Below are positions 37,547-51,370 of a DNA stretch of 64,000 nt, one piece after another; the first letter of the stretch is position 1, and the number at the start of each line of letters is the position of its first letter. Made by a program: the position numbers and the translations under genes. Location of the stretch: contig NW_027251843.1 of NCBI RefSeq assembly GCF_044704955.1, positions 496,001 through 560,000 of the forward strand, read 5' to 3'. Source of the stretch: Pristiophorus japonicus (taxonomy: Eukaryota). Below the pieces are notes generated by a model. The model was not told the origin of the DNA. It ran no database searches and was given only the letters and a program-made list of their open reading frames with translations.

Positions 37547-40500
37547 GTATCATCTGCATACTTCTGAATCATACCCCCAACATTCAAGTCTAAATCATTG
37601 ATATATACCACAAAAAGCAAGGGACCCAGCACTGAGCCCTGTGGAACCCCAGCGGATACAGCCTTCCAGTCACAAAAACACCCATCAACCATTATCCTAA
37701 TCTGAGGAAGGACCTGCTTGCTATTGAGGGAGTGCAATGCGGGTTTTAGTGTCCCCCTCCCCTTTTATAGGGGGCACTTGGGGAAAAAAACTATGATTTT
37801 AGTGCCCAAAAAAACCCCCCACAAAAATCACCCAAAAAAAAAGGGCCTTGTGAAATGTTTGTAGTGTCCCCCAGATCGGGAGGCACTTGATCTAATGTTT
37901 GTTTTGTTTACTGAAAAGAGTTGTGGAGCTGTTGGAGGCATGGCCTGTTCATTTGGAGCCTGGAGCAGTGAGGGAAGGAGCTCCCTGCTTGAGCTCCTGC
38001 CTGGAGGCCTGTGAACCCTGAGACCAGCCCAGGAAGAGGAGGAAGGGGCTTATAATACTTCATGCACAAGGACCCCCAGGTCCCTCTGCACCGCAGCATG
38101 TTGTAATTTCTCCCCATTCAAATAATATTCCCTTTTACTGTTTTTTTTCCCAAGGTGGATGACCTCACACTTTCTGACATTGTATTCCATCTGCCAAACC
38201 TTAGCCCATTCGCTTAACCTATCTAAATCTCTTTGCAGCCTCTCTGTGTCCTCTACACAACCCGCTTTCCCACTAATCTTTGTGTCATCTGCAAATTTTG
38301 TTATACTACACTCTGTCCCCTCTTCCAGGTCATCTATGTATATTGTAAACAGTTGTGGTCCCAGCACCGATCCCTGTAGCACACCACTAAACACCGATTT
38401 CCAACCCGAAAAGGACCCATTTATCCCGACTCTCTGCTTTCTGTTAGCCAGCCAATTCTCTATCCATGCTAATACATTTCCACTGACTCCGCGTACCTCT
38501 ATCTTCTGCAGTAACCTTTTGTGTGGCACCTCATCGAGTGCCTTTTGAAAATCTAAATACACCACATCCATCGGTACACCTCTATCCACCATGCTCGTTA
38601 TATCCTCAAAGAATTTCAGTGAATTAGTTAAACATGATTTCCCCTTCATGAATCCATGCTGCGTCTGTTTGATTGCACTATTCCTATCCAGATGTCCTGC
38701 TATTTCTTCCTCAATGATAGTTTCAAGAATTTTCCCCACTACAGATGTTAAACTAACCGGCCTATAGTTACCTGCCTTTTGTCTGCCCCCTTTTTTAAAC
38801 AGAGGCGTGACATTGTTATCTCCTCAAAAAATTGAATCAAGTTATTCAGACACAAACTTCCCTTAATAAATCCTATGCTGACTGTCCTTGATTAATCCGT
38901 GTTTTGTTAAATGAAGATTCCTCCTATCCCACCCCCGAGGTTAGGCTGACTGACCTGTAGTGACTCGATCGATCCCTTGCTCCCTTTTTAAACAAAGGTA
39001 CCACGTTTGCAGTCCTCCAGTCCTCCAGTACCTGGGATTGCAATGTCAGCATCGCCCCTCTCGGCCAGCTCGGTCAGTAGTGGTGCTACCGAGCCACTAT
39101 TGGTGATGGACAGTGAAGTCCCCCACCCAGAGTACATTCTGTGTCCTTGCTACTCTCAGTGCTTCTTCCAAGTGGTGTTCAACATGGAGGAGCACTGATT
39201 CATCAGCTGGGGGAGGGCGGGAGGTGGTAATCAGCAGGAGGTTTCATTGCCCGTGTTTGACCTGATGCCATGAGACTTCATGGGGTCCGGAGTCAATGTT
39301 GAGGACTCCCAGGGCCACTCCCTCCCGACTGTATACCACTGAGCTGCCACATCGGGTGATGGAGGAATCTGGGACATTGGCTGAAAGGTATGATTCTGTG
39401 AGTAGGACTATGTCAGGCTGGTGCTTGACTAGTCTGTGGGGCAGCTCTCCCACTTTTGGCACAAGTCCCCAGATGTTGGTGAGGAGGACGTTGCAGGGTC
39501 AGCACTGAGCCTGGGTCCGCTGTCCTAGCCGGTCCGAGCTACTGTTATTCTGCCTGATTGGATGGTTATTATTAGAGACTCAGACCACAGCAGAAATCCC
39601 CCGTGCAAAAAATAACTGAAGAGACTGTCAGATCGGAAGAATGAAACTTCACCCACAGAGGAAGTGAAAGAGGGAGATTGTCACAGCTGTATGTTTGTTA
39701 ATGACACGGGAGAAAACTGTGAACCGCGCTCACAGCCTCGAATCTAAGGGACCAACATTTACTTTAGCCTCTCTTTTCCTTTTTATATACATATAGAAAC
39801 TCTTGCTATCTGTTTTTATATTTTGTGCTCGTTTACTTTCATAGTCTATCTTCCCTTTCTTAATCATTTATTCAGTCAATCTTTGCTGGATTTTCAAAGC
39901 TTCCCAATCTTCTGCCCTTCCACTAGTTTTGGCCACTTTGTATGCCCTTGTTTTTAATTGGATACCGTCCTTTATTTTGTTAATTAGCCACAGATGGCTA
40001 TATTTTCTTTTACACCTTTCCTCCTCACTGGAATATATTCTTCTTGAGAGTTGTGAAATACTTCCTTAAATGTATACCACTGTTCATCAGCTGTCCTACA
40101 CTTTAATCCATTTTCCCAGTCCACTTTAGCCAACTCTGCCCTCATACCTTTGTAGTCTCCTTTATTTAAGCTTAGTACGCTGGTTTGAGATCCAACTTTC
40201 TCACCCTCCATCTGAATTTGAAATTGAACCATGTTACCATCACTTGCTCCAAGGGGATCCTTTACGAGGAGATTGATTACTAATCCTGTTTCATTACACA
40301 GGACCAGATCTAAGATAGCCTGCCCCCTGGTTGATTCCGTTACAGACTGCTCGTCCCTTATGCACTCTCTGAACTCTTCCTCAAGGCTACCCTCACCAAT
40401 TTGATTTGTCCAACGTGGAGGTTAAAATCACTCATGATTATTGCTGTTCCCTTTTCACAAGCCTCCACTATTTCCTGGTTTATTCTCCGACCAACAGAGG

Positions 40501-42207
40501 TGCTACTGTTAGGGGGCCTATAGATTATGCCCACCAGTGACTTGTTCCCTTTATTATTCCTTATCTCCACACAAACTGTTTCAACATCCTCATCATTTGA
40601 GCCAATATCATTTCTCACTATTGCAGTGATTCCATTCTTTATCAACAGAGCTACCCCACCTCCTTTTCCTTTCTGTCTGTCCTTCCGGATTGTCAAGCAC
40701 CCCTGAATATTTAGTTCCCAGTCCTGGTCACCTTGCAACCATGTCTCTGTAATGGCTACAGATCATACCCATTTGTATCTATTTGTGCCATCAACTGATC
40801 TATTTTGTTACAAATGCTACGTGCATTTAGACAAAGAGCCTTTAAATTTGTTTTTTAACCTTTTTTCCTGCTCGTTTCCTCTCTCCTTCAAACTCACTTT
40901 ATTTTTGCTTTCTAATTCCAGCTTTACTCCCCTCCCTACTGAATCTATTTTCAGGTTCCCAGCCCCCTGCCCAGCTAGTTTAAACCCTCCCCAACAGCAC
41001 TAGCAAACCCTCCCCACTGCGAGGATATTGGTCCCAGCTCTGTTGAGGTGCAACCCGTCCGGCTTGTGCAGGTTCCACCTCCCCCTGAAACGGTCCCAAT
41101 ACCTCAGTAAACTAAAGCCCTCCCGCCTGCACCATCTCTCCAGGCATGTATTCGTCTGCTCTATCCTCCTGTTTCTGTGCTCACTGGCTCATGGCACTGG
41201 GAGTCATCCAGAGATTAGAGAATAATTAGAGATTAGAGATACTGAGAGAATAAATTCCTCCTCATCTCAGTTTTAAATGGATGGCACCTTATTCTAATAT
41301 TATGCCGCTTAGTTCTAGTCTCCCCTATCAGTGGAAACATCCTCTTTGTATCCACCTTGGTCGATAAGGTCACCTCTCATTCTTCTGAATTCCAATGAGT
41401 AGAGGCCCAACCTACACAACCTTTCCTCATCCCTGGAATCAACCTAATGAACCTTCTCTGAACGGCCTCCAAGGAAAATATATCCTTTCGTAAATATGGA
41501 AACCAAAACTGTACGCAGTATTCCAGGTGTGGCCTCATCAATATCCTGTATAACTGTAGCAAGACTTCCCTGCTTTTATACTCCATTCCCTTTGCAATAA
41601 AGGCCAAGATTCCATTGGCTTTCCTGATCACTTGCTGTACCTGCACACTAACCTTTTGTGTTTCATGCACCAGGACCCCCAGGTCCCGCTGTACTGCAGC
41701 ACTTTGCAATTTTTCTCCATTTAAATAATAACTTGCTCTTCGATTGTTTTCTGCCAATGTGCATAACCTCACACTTTCCAACATTATACTCCATCTGCCA
41801 AATTTTTGCCCACTCACTTAGCCTGTCTATGTCCTTTTTGGAGGTTTTTTGTGTCCTCCTCACGCATTGCTTTTCCTCCCATCTTTGTATCATCAGCAAA
41901 CTCGGCTACGTTACACTCGATTCCTTCTTCCAAGTTGTTAATATAGATTGTAAATAGTTGGGGATCCAGCAGCACCCCACTAGTTACTGATTGCCAAAAC
42001 GAGAATTAACCATTAATCCCGACTCTCTGTTTTCTGTTAGTTAGCCAATCCTCTATCCATTCTAATATATTACCCCCAACACTGTGAATTTTACCTTGTG
42101 CAGTAACCATTCATGTGACACCTTGTCAAATGCCTTCTGGAAGTCAAAATACACAACATCCACTAGTTCCCCTTTATCCACCCTGCTCGTTACATCCTCA
42201 AAGAATT
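37547..42207 (-). mobile_element. Multiple CR1 and other non-LTR fragments
   Basis: RT ORF 38050-38739, endonuclease fragments 39244-39462 and 40358-40738, RT 41377-42207. Confidence 0.8.
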
Positions 42208-45200
42208 CCATAGTTCAAAACAAATACAGGATCATTAATTTTAATTTCGCGTGACACATTTGCGCTATCATGATATATACTTTGTTGAAGCCACCTGCTC
42301 TCTCCCTGTTCGTGTTGATCAGGGTGAAGTAACGAGAGCCTTGCCTTAAATGCCCTTTTCATGAACAGTTCAGCAGGTGGAATCCCAGTGAGCAAGTTGG
42401 GTCTCGTGCGGTAACTAAGCAGGACTCGGGATAGGTGAGTCTACAGTGAGCCTTCAGCTACCCTCTTCAAGGTCTGCTTGATTGTTTGCACTGCACTCTC
42501 TGCCTGACCATTGGATGCCGGTTTGAACGAGGCAGATGTGACATGTTTGATCCCATTGCAGGTCATGTACTCTTTGAACTCGGCACTGGTGAAACACGGC
42601 TCATTGTCACTCACAAGGACATCAGGCAGGTCGTGCGTGGAAAACATGGCCCGCAGGCTTTCAGTGGTGGCAGCGGACGTGCTTGCCAACATTATCTCAC
42701 ATTCAATCCACTTGGAGTATGCATCTACAACCACAAGGAACATTTTTCCCAAGAATGGACCTGCATGAACCCTAGACTTTGGTTTGGAGGGCCAAGACCA
42801 TAAACTTAGTGACGCCTCCCTGGGTACACTGCTGAACTGTGAACATGTGTTACATTTGTGCAGGCAGGACTCTAAGTCTGCATCAATACCGGGCCACCAC
42901 ACGTGGGATCTGGCTATCGTTTTCATTATTACAATGCCTGGGTGGGTACTGTGGAGACCACTAATGAAAGTGTCCCTGCCCTTTTTTGGTACCAATACCC
43001 GATTACCCCACAGAAGTCAATCTGCCTGAATAGAGATTTCATCTTTGCGCCGCTGGTATGGCTTTATTTCTTCCTGCATTTCTAATGAGACACTGAACCA
43101 GCTCCTGTGAGCACACAGTTTTTTTTTACTAAGGACAGTAAGGGGTCCTGGCTCGTCCAGGTTCTAATCTGCCGGCGGTAACAGGTGATTGCTCACTCTC
43201 GAATGCTTCCATTACCATAGCTAAATCTGCAGCTGTGCCATTTCCACCCCTGTGGTGGGCAATGGCAGCCTACTGAGAGCATCGGCACAGTTTTTTGTGC
43301 CTGGCCTGTGGCGGATGGCATAGTTGTATGTGGACAACGTGAGCGCCCATCTCTGGATGCGGGCCGATGTATTCGTATTTATCCCCTTACTTTCAGAAAA
43401 GAGGGATATCAGTGCCTTATGATCAGTTTCCAATTCAAATCTGAGCCCAAACAGATATTGATGCATTTTCTTTACCATATAAACACACGCTAACGCTTCT
43501 TTTTCAGTCATGCTGTAGGCCCTCTCAGCCTTAGACAGACTTCTGGATGCATAAGCAACCGGTTGTAATTTTCCCAGATTCATTAGCTTGTTGCAATACA
43601 CACCGACACCACATGACGACGCATCGCATGCGAATAACAAACACTTACATGGATCATATGCTCAAACAAATTGCTTGTGTTGTAACAGTTTTCTAAGTTT
43701 TACATAGGCATTTTCTTGGCTTTTGCCCCATACCCATTCGCCTCCTTCATGCAGTAAAGAGTGCATTGGTTCTAACAGTGTGCTGAGACCCGGTAAGACG
43801 TTACAAAATTAGTTCAGGAGTCCTAGAAACGACCACAGCTCCGTCAAGTTCTGTGACCTTGGTGCGTTCTCGATTGCCTCCATCTTCGCGTTGGTGTGCC
43901 TGATGCTGTCCGCCGCGATTCTTCTCCTCAGTAATTCCACTTCAGGCGCCAGGAAAATTCACTTCGAGCATTTAAATCCGGGTCACCCTTGATTAAGCCG
44001 ACTAAGAACCTCCTCCAGGTTCTTCAGATGTTCGACTGTGTCCCGACCTGTGACCAAGATGTTGTCCTGGAAGAGCACGGTGTGTGGGACTGACTTCAGT
44101 AAGCTTTCCATGTTTCTCTCGAATATCGCCGTGGCTGATCGAATCCCAAACAAGCATCTATTGTAAATGAAGAGACCTTTGTTCATGTTGATGCAGGTGA
44201 GGCCCTTCGATTATTCCTCCAGCTCCTGCGTAATGTAGGCTAAGGTCAAGTCCAGCTTTGTGAATGTCTTTCCTCCCGCCAGTGTCGCAAAAAGGTCATC
44301 TGCCTTTGGTAGCGGGTATTGAACCTGCAGGGAGGAACAATTGATAGTTACTTTGTAATCACCAGAGATTTTGACGGTGCCATCTCCCTTGAGGACTGGA
44401 ACAATCGAACTGGCCCACTTGTTGAATTCGATCGATGAAATGATGTCCTCTCGTTGCAGCCTGTCCGGCTTGATCTCCACCCTCTCTCTCATCATGTATG
44501 GTACTGCTCTCACCTTGTGATGGATGGGTTGCGCCCCCGGAATTAGGTGGATCTGCACTTTTGCTCCTTGGAACTTCCCGATACCTGGTTCGAACAGCGA
44601 GGGGAACTTGTTTAGGACCTGGGCACACGAAGTGTCGTCGACAGGCGAGAGCACTCGGACGTCGTCCCAGTTCCAGCGTATCTTCCCCAGCCAGCTCCTG
44701 CCGAGCAGCGTGGGGCCATCGCCCGATACCACCCAGAGTGGCAACTTGTGCACCGCTCCATCATCGGAGACCTTTACAGCAGCACTGCCAATTACGGGAA
44801 TCAGTTGCTTTGTACAAGTTCTCAGTTTAGTGCGAATGGGAGTCAGGACTGGCCTTAAAGCCTTGCTGCATCACAATTCATCAAAAGTCTTTTTGCTCAT
44901 AATGGACTGGCTCATGCCCGTGTCCAGCTCCATTGACACCAGGAGTCCATTTAATTCAACATTCAGCATTATCGGGGGAATCTTTGTGGTAAATGTGTGC
45001 ACCCCATATACCTCTGCCTCCTATGTCTGAGGCTCTGGTTTGTCGTGATCTGCCGTGGATCTGTCCTCTCTGCAACATGGTGGTTTGCAGGATTAGCAGG
45101 GTTTGCAGCTCACCTGCACAAACATTGGAGATGTCCCATTGTTCCACAGCCCTTGCAAACATATCCTTTGAAGCGGTATGAATGGAAACAATGATAACCC

Positions 45201-46137
45201 TCGCAGCGCCAACAAGGTGTTAATGGCCTTGCATTCATCATCCTTGATGGTGGACTCTGAGACAACTGCGGACGTGCAGCTGCAGGCATGTGAGGCCTGC
45301 CTTGTACGTTATCATTCGAAAACAACATTACTTTATTCACAGTACTTGTAGCAGCACTCGAGTGCTGAGAGATTTGTTTGTTATTGTCACTGGTGGCGAT
45401 GAACGCCTGTGCTATCGCTATGGCTTTACTCAAGGATGGGGTCACTACAGTCAAAAGTTGCAAAGTAATACTTCATGGCCAATGTCAAGTACAAAGAAGT
45501 CCCTGAGCATGTGCTCCAAATGTCCTTCAAATTCGCAATGTCCTGCAAGGCGTCTTAGCTCGGCGACATAGCTCGCCACTCCCTGGCTTTCAGATCTCTT
45601 GGCACGTGTAGAACTGGTACCTCACCATCAGAACGCTTTCCTTCGGGTTAAGATGCTCCAGGATCAGTGTGCACAAATCTTTATATGATTTCTCTGTGGG
45701 TTTCACTGGAGCAAGCAGATTTTTGATGAGGCCATACGTTGGAGCCCCGCAAATAGTAAGGAGAATCACCCTTCGTTTGGCAGCGTTCGCTTCTCCTTCC
45801 AGCTCGTTGGCCACGAAGTATTGGTCGAGTCGCTCCACGAAGGTTTCCCAATCATCTCCTTCCAAATATTTCTCCAGGATGCCCACTGTTCTCTGCATCA
45901 TTGCAGGTGGGTTCGTTCGCTGTTGTAGTGTATGAATAAAGAGTCTGACCAGATACTGTGAGCTCAAAGTAAAGTGTGACCGTAGTCTTTTATTGCAGGT
46001 CTCCAGAGTGCCTCTCCAGCCTGTGAGGCCTCCTTAAGTACAGGTGCTCCCAAGGGATTGTGGGATCCCTTGGGACTCCAAGGGATGAGCCCTGTGGTGG
46101 TAAACAAGGTATTTACAGGTATACATATATTACAACA
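42208..46137 (-). mobile_element. 5' part of a Mag-clade Gypsy element (5' LTR 45921-46137, decayed gag-PR-RT-RH-IN)
   Basis: DWETFVERLDQYFVAN gag, FTKLDL, FQDNILV, CDASS, HPGI..VWWPG and VSDNEPCFTS motifs. Confidence 0.9.
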
Positions 46138-47094
46138 TATTACGGCTGTGTGGTTGATGATGAAGAAGAAAGCAGTAGACTGCAGGAAGATATCAATGAA
46201 CTCTACCACAGCATTTTGTAATCTCTCCCCATTTAAATCATTTTTATTTTTCCTACCAAAGTGGATAACTTCACATTTTCCTACATTATATTCCATCTGC
46301 TAAATCTTTGACCCCTATCTCCGCCTCTCGATATCCATTTGCAGAATCTTTGCGTCCTCCTCACAACTTGCTTTCCCATCTATCTTTGTACATCAGCAAA
46401 TTTGGTTACATTGCAGTTGCTCCCTTCATCCAAGTCATTAATATAGGTTGTAAATAGTTGAGGCCACAGCACTGATCCCTGCAGCATCCCATTAGTTACA
46501 GTTTGCCGATCTGAAAATGACCCATTTATCCCGACTTTCTGTTTGCTGTTAGTTAGCCAATCCTCTATCCATGCTAATATATTACCCCCAACCCCGTGAG
46601 CTCTTATCTTGGGCAGTAACCTTTTATGTGTCAAGGACGGCAGGTTTCCTTCCCTAAAGGACGTCACTGAACCAATTGGGCTTTTGTGACAATTTGACAG
46701 CTTTGTGGTCACTTTTACTGAAACCAGCTTTTTATTTCTAGAATTTAAAAAAGAGCTGAATTGAAATAGTCAAAGGGCCATGGTGAGATTGTGGGGATTA
46801 TTAGTGCAGGCCTGTGGAGTGCTCTGCAGCAACATAACCACAACACGACTGTACCCACAAGAGGTGTGTGTGCTGCTGGTGCCCGCGATCACAGGGCAAT
46901 CATCGGCAAAGCAGCCCTGATAACATTCAGCTTTGGCTTTACATTGATCATTGTCCTGGATTGGTGCTGGGCACATCTCCTTGGGTTCTGTCCTCGGGTC
47001 TGGTGCTCACATTGTGCATACTATGGGGAGGTTGTGAGTGCATGATGTCACAATCAGTGCTTACAATGTTCCTGTCTTGATACATTGAGTATTA

Positions 47095-48705
47095 TGTAAG
47101 GGGCGTTTTTTGGGGGGATCATCTTTCCCTTCTGACCTTATATGAGCGGTTTCGAACCGCTCCCACACCCTTGGTTCTCGACTCTGGAATTATGAAGGGA
47201 CTGTGACAGACTTGGACAGACAATCGCTTTCAAGGTCGGAAGCAGGTATGGCTTTATTGTGTCTGAAAGGAAGTAAAAGGACACACCTTTAATAACACAC
47301 ACAGAATAGTAATACCAATACACCCTGAGGGGTACAACATATTGAATAAATTGTCAACATACGGCCTTTGGGGAAAAGAATACATGGGGTAAAGAGGAGA
47401 ATGCAGATACATTTACACAAGTTATCCCAGCCTCCCCCCTCCCAATTCGCCGAACTAACTAAGTTATAGCTCTGGGGGTTCAGGGGCGATGCTCACCAAT
47501 CCTTTTCACAGTTGCCGGTGAATCGCGGTTTTGGGGTTCGCTGCACTTGGCCTTCGAGGTGAGCTGCACCCCGGACAGAGGAGAGGACTTCGGACTGCGT
47601 AGTCTTCAGTTGGGGTGAGTCCATTGATGCGGTAAATTGCGTTTTGGATGTATGGGGTAAGTACCCACTTTCTTTGGTTTGGAATAGTTTTAACTAGTCC
47701 TTTTAAGTAATTTCTCACCCGTTGGTTATTCAGAAGTAGATTGTAGAGTGGAAATAAATGTTGATTCTTCGGTTTTTGCTGAGTTGGTTGCAGTTGGTCG
47801 TTTCACTGGTTGTGGTGGCCCAGGTTGTCAATTTGGTTGCTGACAACCTTTCGTTTCGTGGGCCTCTTGCTGTCAGCGTGCTCGGTCGGTCCTTGATGAT
47901 TTCTTGTAGTTTTCTCCACTACTCCATTTCTTCACTCCCCACCTCCTGCTGCTTGTGTTCTTTTCCTTGTAAAACTGGGAATAGATATACCCCAAAAAGG
48001 CTTCCTTCCCTCCCACCAAATCTGGCCCAGCTCTTTGTTTCAAGGGAGCTGCTCATTAGTTTTAAGCTTTCTTCTTTGTCAGAATTTGTCGGGCTTGTTC
48101 AGCAGTAATTTGGTTATGATGTGATAATGTGGAAAATCACCGGTTGGCATTGTCGGAGCAGTGTTTAAACTCTTGAACCATTGGGCTGGGCCCGTGAATT
48201 CTATCGGTCTATTTGCACATGCATGCCACGAATGGTCTCCGGTGATTAGCCTGATAGCTCTTGATACGTTTATTCTCACTAGGGAGTGAATTTTTATGTC
48301 TCACAGTTCTTGTTAGTTATCGATCGACTCATTCTCCCAGACAAATTGAAGACCCAGTTCCTGAGTGAAGTCCCACCCTCTGTTCTGGCAGTCTCTTCCA
48401 ACATGCTTCTTTAGAGATCTTAAACTTGTAAAGCTCTTAGGTATCTTCCTCAGAGTTTTTCCGAGGATACCAAAATGTTCATCGATTTCCAAATTAAATT
48501 CCCTTTCCTATGAGTCCAAACATTGGGGGTTGGGGGGGGGTCTCCATGAATGCATCCCCTTTTATCCCCTGCAGGCCTCATCTGCCCTTTAAACTCATTT
48601 GTGTCCCGAGGTTTTTCCTTCCATTTTAAAAGTCCAGAAAGGGATTCTTCTCCTCTGCAGGGGAAAGGTACAAGGAATCTTTGCAAAATATTGGTAAATT
48701 CTACA
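47095..48705 (-). repeat. 3' LTR (~1.6 kb)
   Basis: Starts TGTAGAATT after PPT AGCAGGGGAG, ends CCCCTTACA; AATAAA at 47253-47258. Confidence 0.85.
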
Positions 48706-49262
48706 CTCCCCTGCTGTGATACCATTCCACTTATGATACCATCTTCTAGGTGAGCAAAGTTCCTGACTCTCAAGAGACAACCTTCCACGTAGATTAACTA
48801 AGCTGTTCCCAAAATATGCATTACACTTATGCAACATCACCATAGATACACACTTTTCCCTTTACAGGTACAAACTTTTTACATTTACACCCTCCCAGCT
48901 TGGAGGGGGTTTCATCACTACAATTGCATTTCAGCACAGTTACATTTCATTTCAATTACATTATATTCACCAGCATGTAGGCAATGTACAACCACATTAC
49001 AGAAGGAAGAACACAGATTAAACTAAAACAACATCAATTGGTCTCCGGGTGGCCTGGTTAATCCCTGCCAGGCCCATGCTTTCCCCGCAGCCGGTGAGCT
49101 GGAGACCCTTGTCTCTGGGACAGCTTGTTGATACTGCTCCTGTGAGATCCTCATCTCTGGGAGGCGGCTGGCTGGTGGTCCCTACTCTGAGCGGCCTCTG
49201 TACTTCTGACCTTTGGCCTTCCCTGTCGGGCTACCCTTCTCCTAGGGTAGAATCGCTGAGGC

Positions 49263-51365
49263 TCAGATGCCGTACACCATGGTATCTTTGGACGTGGTGT
49301 ACGGAGGGTCCTTCTCAGGGCTTGGGTTACTGGGAGTGCGTCCGAATCCCAAACGATGGATGGGACAGCCCCCCCAGTAGTGCAATTCACTGCCCCTATA
49401 GGCACGGTTTCTCAGCTTGCCACATTTTCTGTGGGCCCTCCGCCGTCGGGGAGGGTCCCTGTCCTGAGGACGGTTCACCCCTCCCGGCTGCCCTCTGTGC
49501 TTGGCTGACCCTGGGTTGTAAAGCTTGCACTGGTTGATGTGGAACCACTTAGTACGGCGGGGCAGCTTTATGGCATAGACCATCGGGCTTGCCTTGTCGA
49601 CAATGCTGTATGGCTCCATATATAATGCTTCAAAAATCCCTTCCCGAGCATAGTTCCTCACCATGACCTGATCCCCTTTCTCCCATTCGTGGTGTTTGCT
49701 GGGTTCTAGCAGCAATCGGTTACTCCGATGCTGTCTGCCCATGTTACTAGCAGCCTGCCAGTGAATCTGTTTGTGGTGTTCAAACAGGTTCCTGACAAAC
49801 CTCTCTGAGCTGACCTTCTGTGAGGGGCTAGGACATGGGTGGGGGTCTGCATGATCCGGCCAGTCATGAGCTCGTCTGGGGAATACCCCGTGCTCTTTGA
49901 CTGGCTGGGCTCGGATCCCCATTAGTTCCAACGGTAAGACCTCTATCCACTTTTGGGGTGAGTCTCCCGTCTCCTTTCTTTAATGGTGCGGTTTAAACGC
50001 CCCACAATACCCGATGACTGTGGGTTGTGGGCAGCGTGCCATTTCCCCTCAATGCTGAGCACCTTAAGGGTTGCCTGCATTACTTGCCCGGTGAAATGAC
50101 TCCCCTGGTCCGACTTCACATACTGTGGGAGTCCCCACCGGGAGAACACTTTCCTCACTAGAATCTTAGCTATCCCTAGTGCGGTGGCTGTTCAGCAGGG
50201 GAAGGCTTCAACCCATTTTGAGAACACATTCACCAGGACTAGGCAGTATTAGTAGCCTCCCTGGGCAGTGGGTTAGGGGCCTGGTGTAGTCCCGATGTGA
50301 CTGCCATGGTCCCTCTACCCTCCTGACGTGTCCTCGGGACACCTTCCTTTTCTGGGGGTCAGGGTTGTTCACAGCACACACCAGGCAGTTCGCACAGAAC
50401 TCGCGGACATCCTCCCTGAGTCCCGGCCACCATCCTGCCTGTTCCACCCGTTGCCAGGTGGTCTCAGGCCCGGGATGTCCCGCTCCTGGACCCTCATGGG
50501 CCAGTTTTAGGAATTCCCTCTGGTGCTGCTGTGGCACGACCCATTGTCCCTCTTTAAACAGCATGCCTTCCTTAACGGTAATGGCTGCTGTGCCGTACGG
50601 ACCTTCTACTCTCTCTCCTCTAGCTAGCGCATTCAGGACAGCTTTCAGGACTGGGTCCTGTACCTGAACTGTTTTTAAATCCGGGGCCAAAGCTATCCCT
50701 GTACTCACTGCTGCTATGCGGCCGGTGTCATAGGGGTCCCAGAACTTTCCCGTGTGGGCACCTTCTTTGGCCAGTTTCTCAGCCTGTTGGTTTCCCTCTG
50801 CAGGGGGATCGGATTTTGAATGGGCTTTTCCCTCTTCCCCCAGTGCTGTCATGATTTTCTCCAGCAGGGTCTTGATTGGCAGGGGTCTCCCGTCAGCGGA
50901 CGTGTATCCGCGATGGGACCAGAGAGCCAGGTACTCCGTACACGAATTGCAGGTGAACATACTGTCCGAGCAAATCGTGTACGGGGTAGGGAATTCCTCG
51001 GGGTGGGTCACCACGTACATTATGGCAGACAGTTCAGCATGCTGGACGCTCAAGGTGCTGAGGAGCTTGATTGCCAGTGCAATACCTGCCCTTGGGTCAT
51101 AGACTCCGCACCCTGTGAGTCGCTCGCCAGCAGATACCGTGCTGGACCCGTCCACGTAGATGTCCCGGCCTGTAGGGTGTAACCCAGCCCGATGGCCAAT
51201 GTTCACCTCCCATACCCCTTCTATGGAGCACCTGTGGGCTTTCCCTGGGTAGACTATGTTGGCTGCTCACTGTCCCGTCCTTAATCCTCCCATCTAGGAG
51301 CATCTGAGTAGGTGTGTGGTGCGTTAGGCGTGTTCGAGGAGACCTTCCCGTGAAGATCAAGGATC
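49263..51365 (-). pseudogene. pol 3' half: RNase H and integrase
   Basis: IYVDGSS..QHAEL..ICSDS..GNQQAE; HEGPGAGH..CLVC zinc finger; SDQGSHF, PQSSGIV; GPY/F-like tail. Confidence 0.85.
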
Positions 51366-51370
51366 TTTTC

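Noticed and set aside
48889-48910. Alternative LTR start TGTAAATG after GGGAGGG
   Set aside because: The outermost copy ends at 62086 next to the TSD, which places the boundary at 48705.
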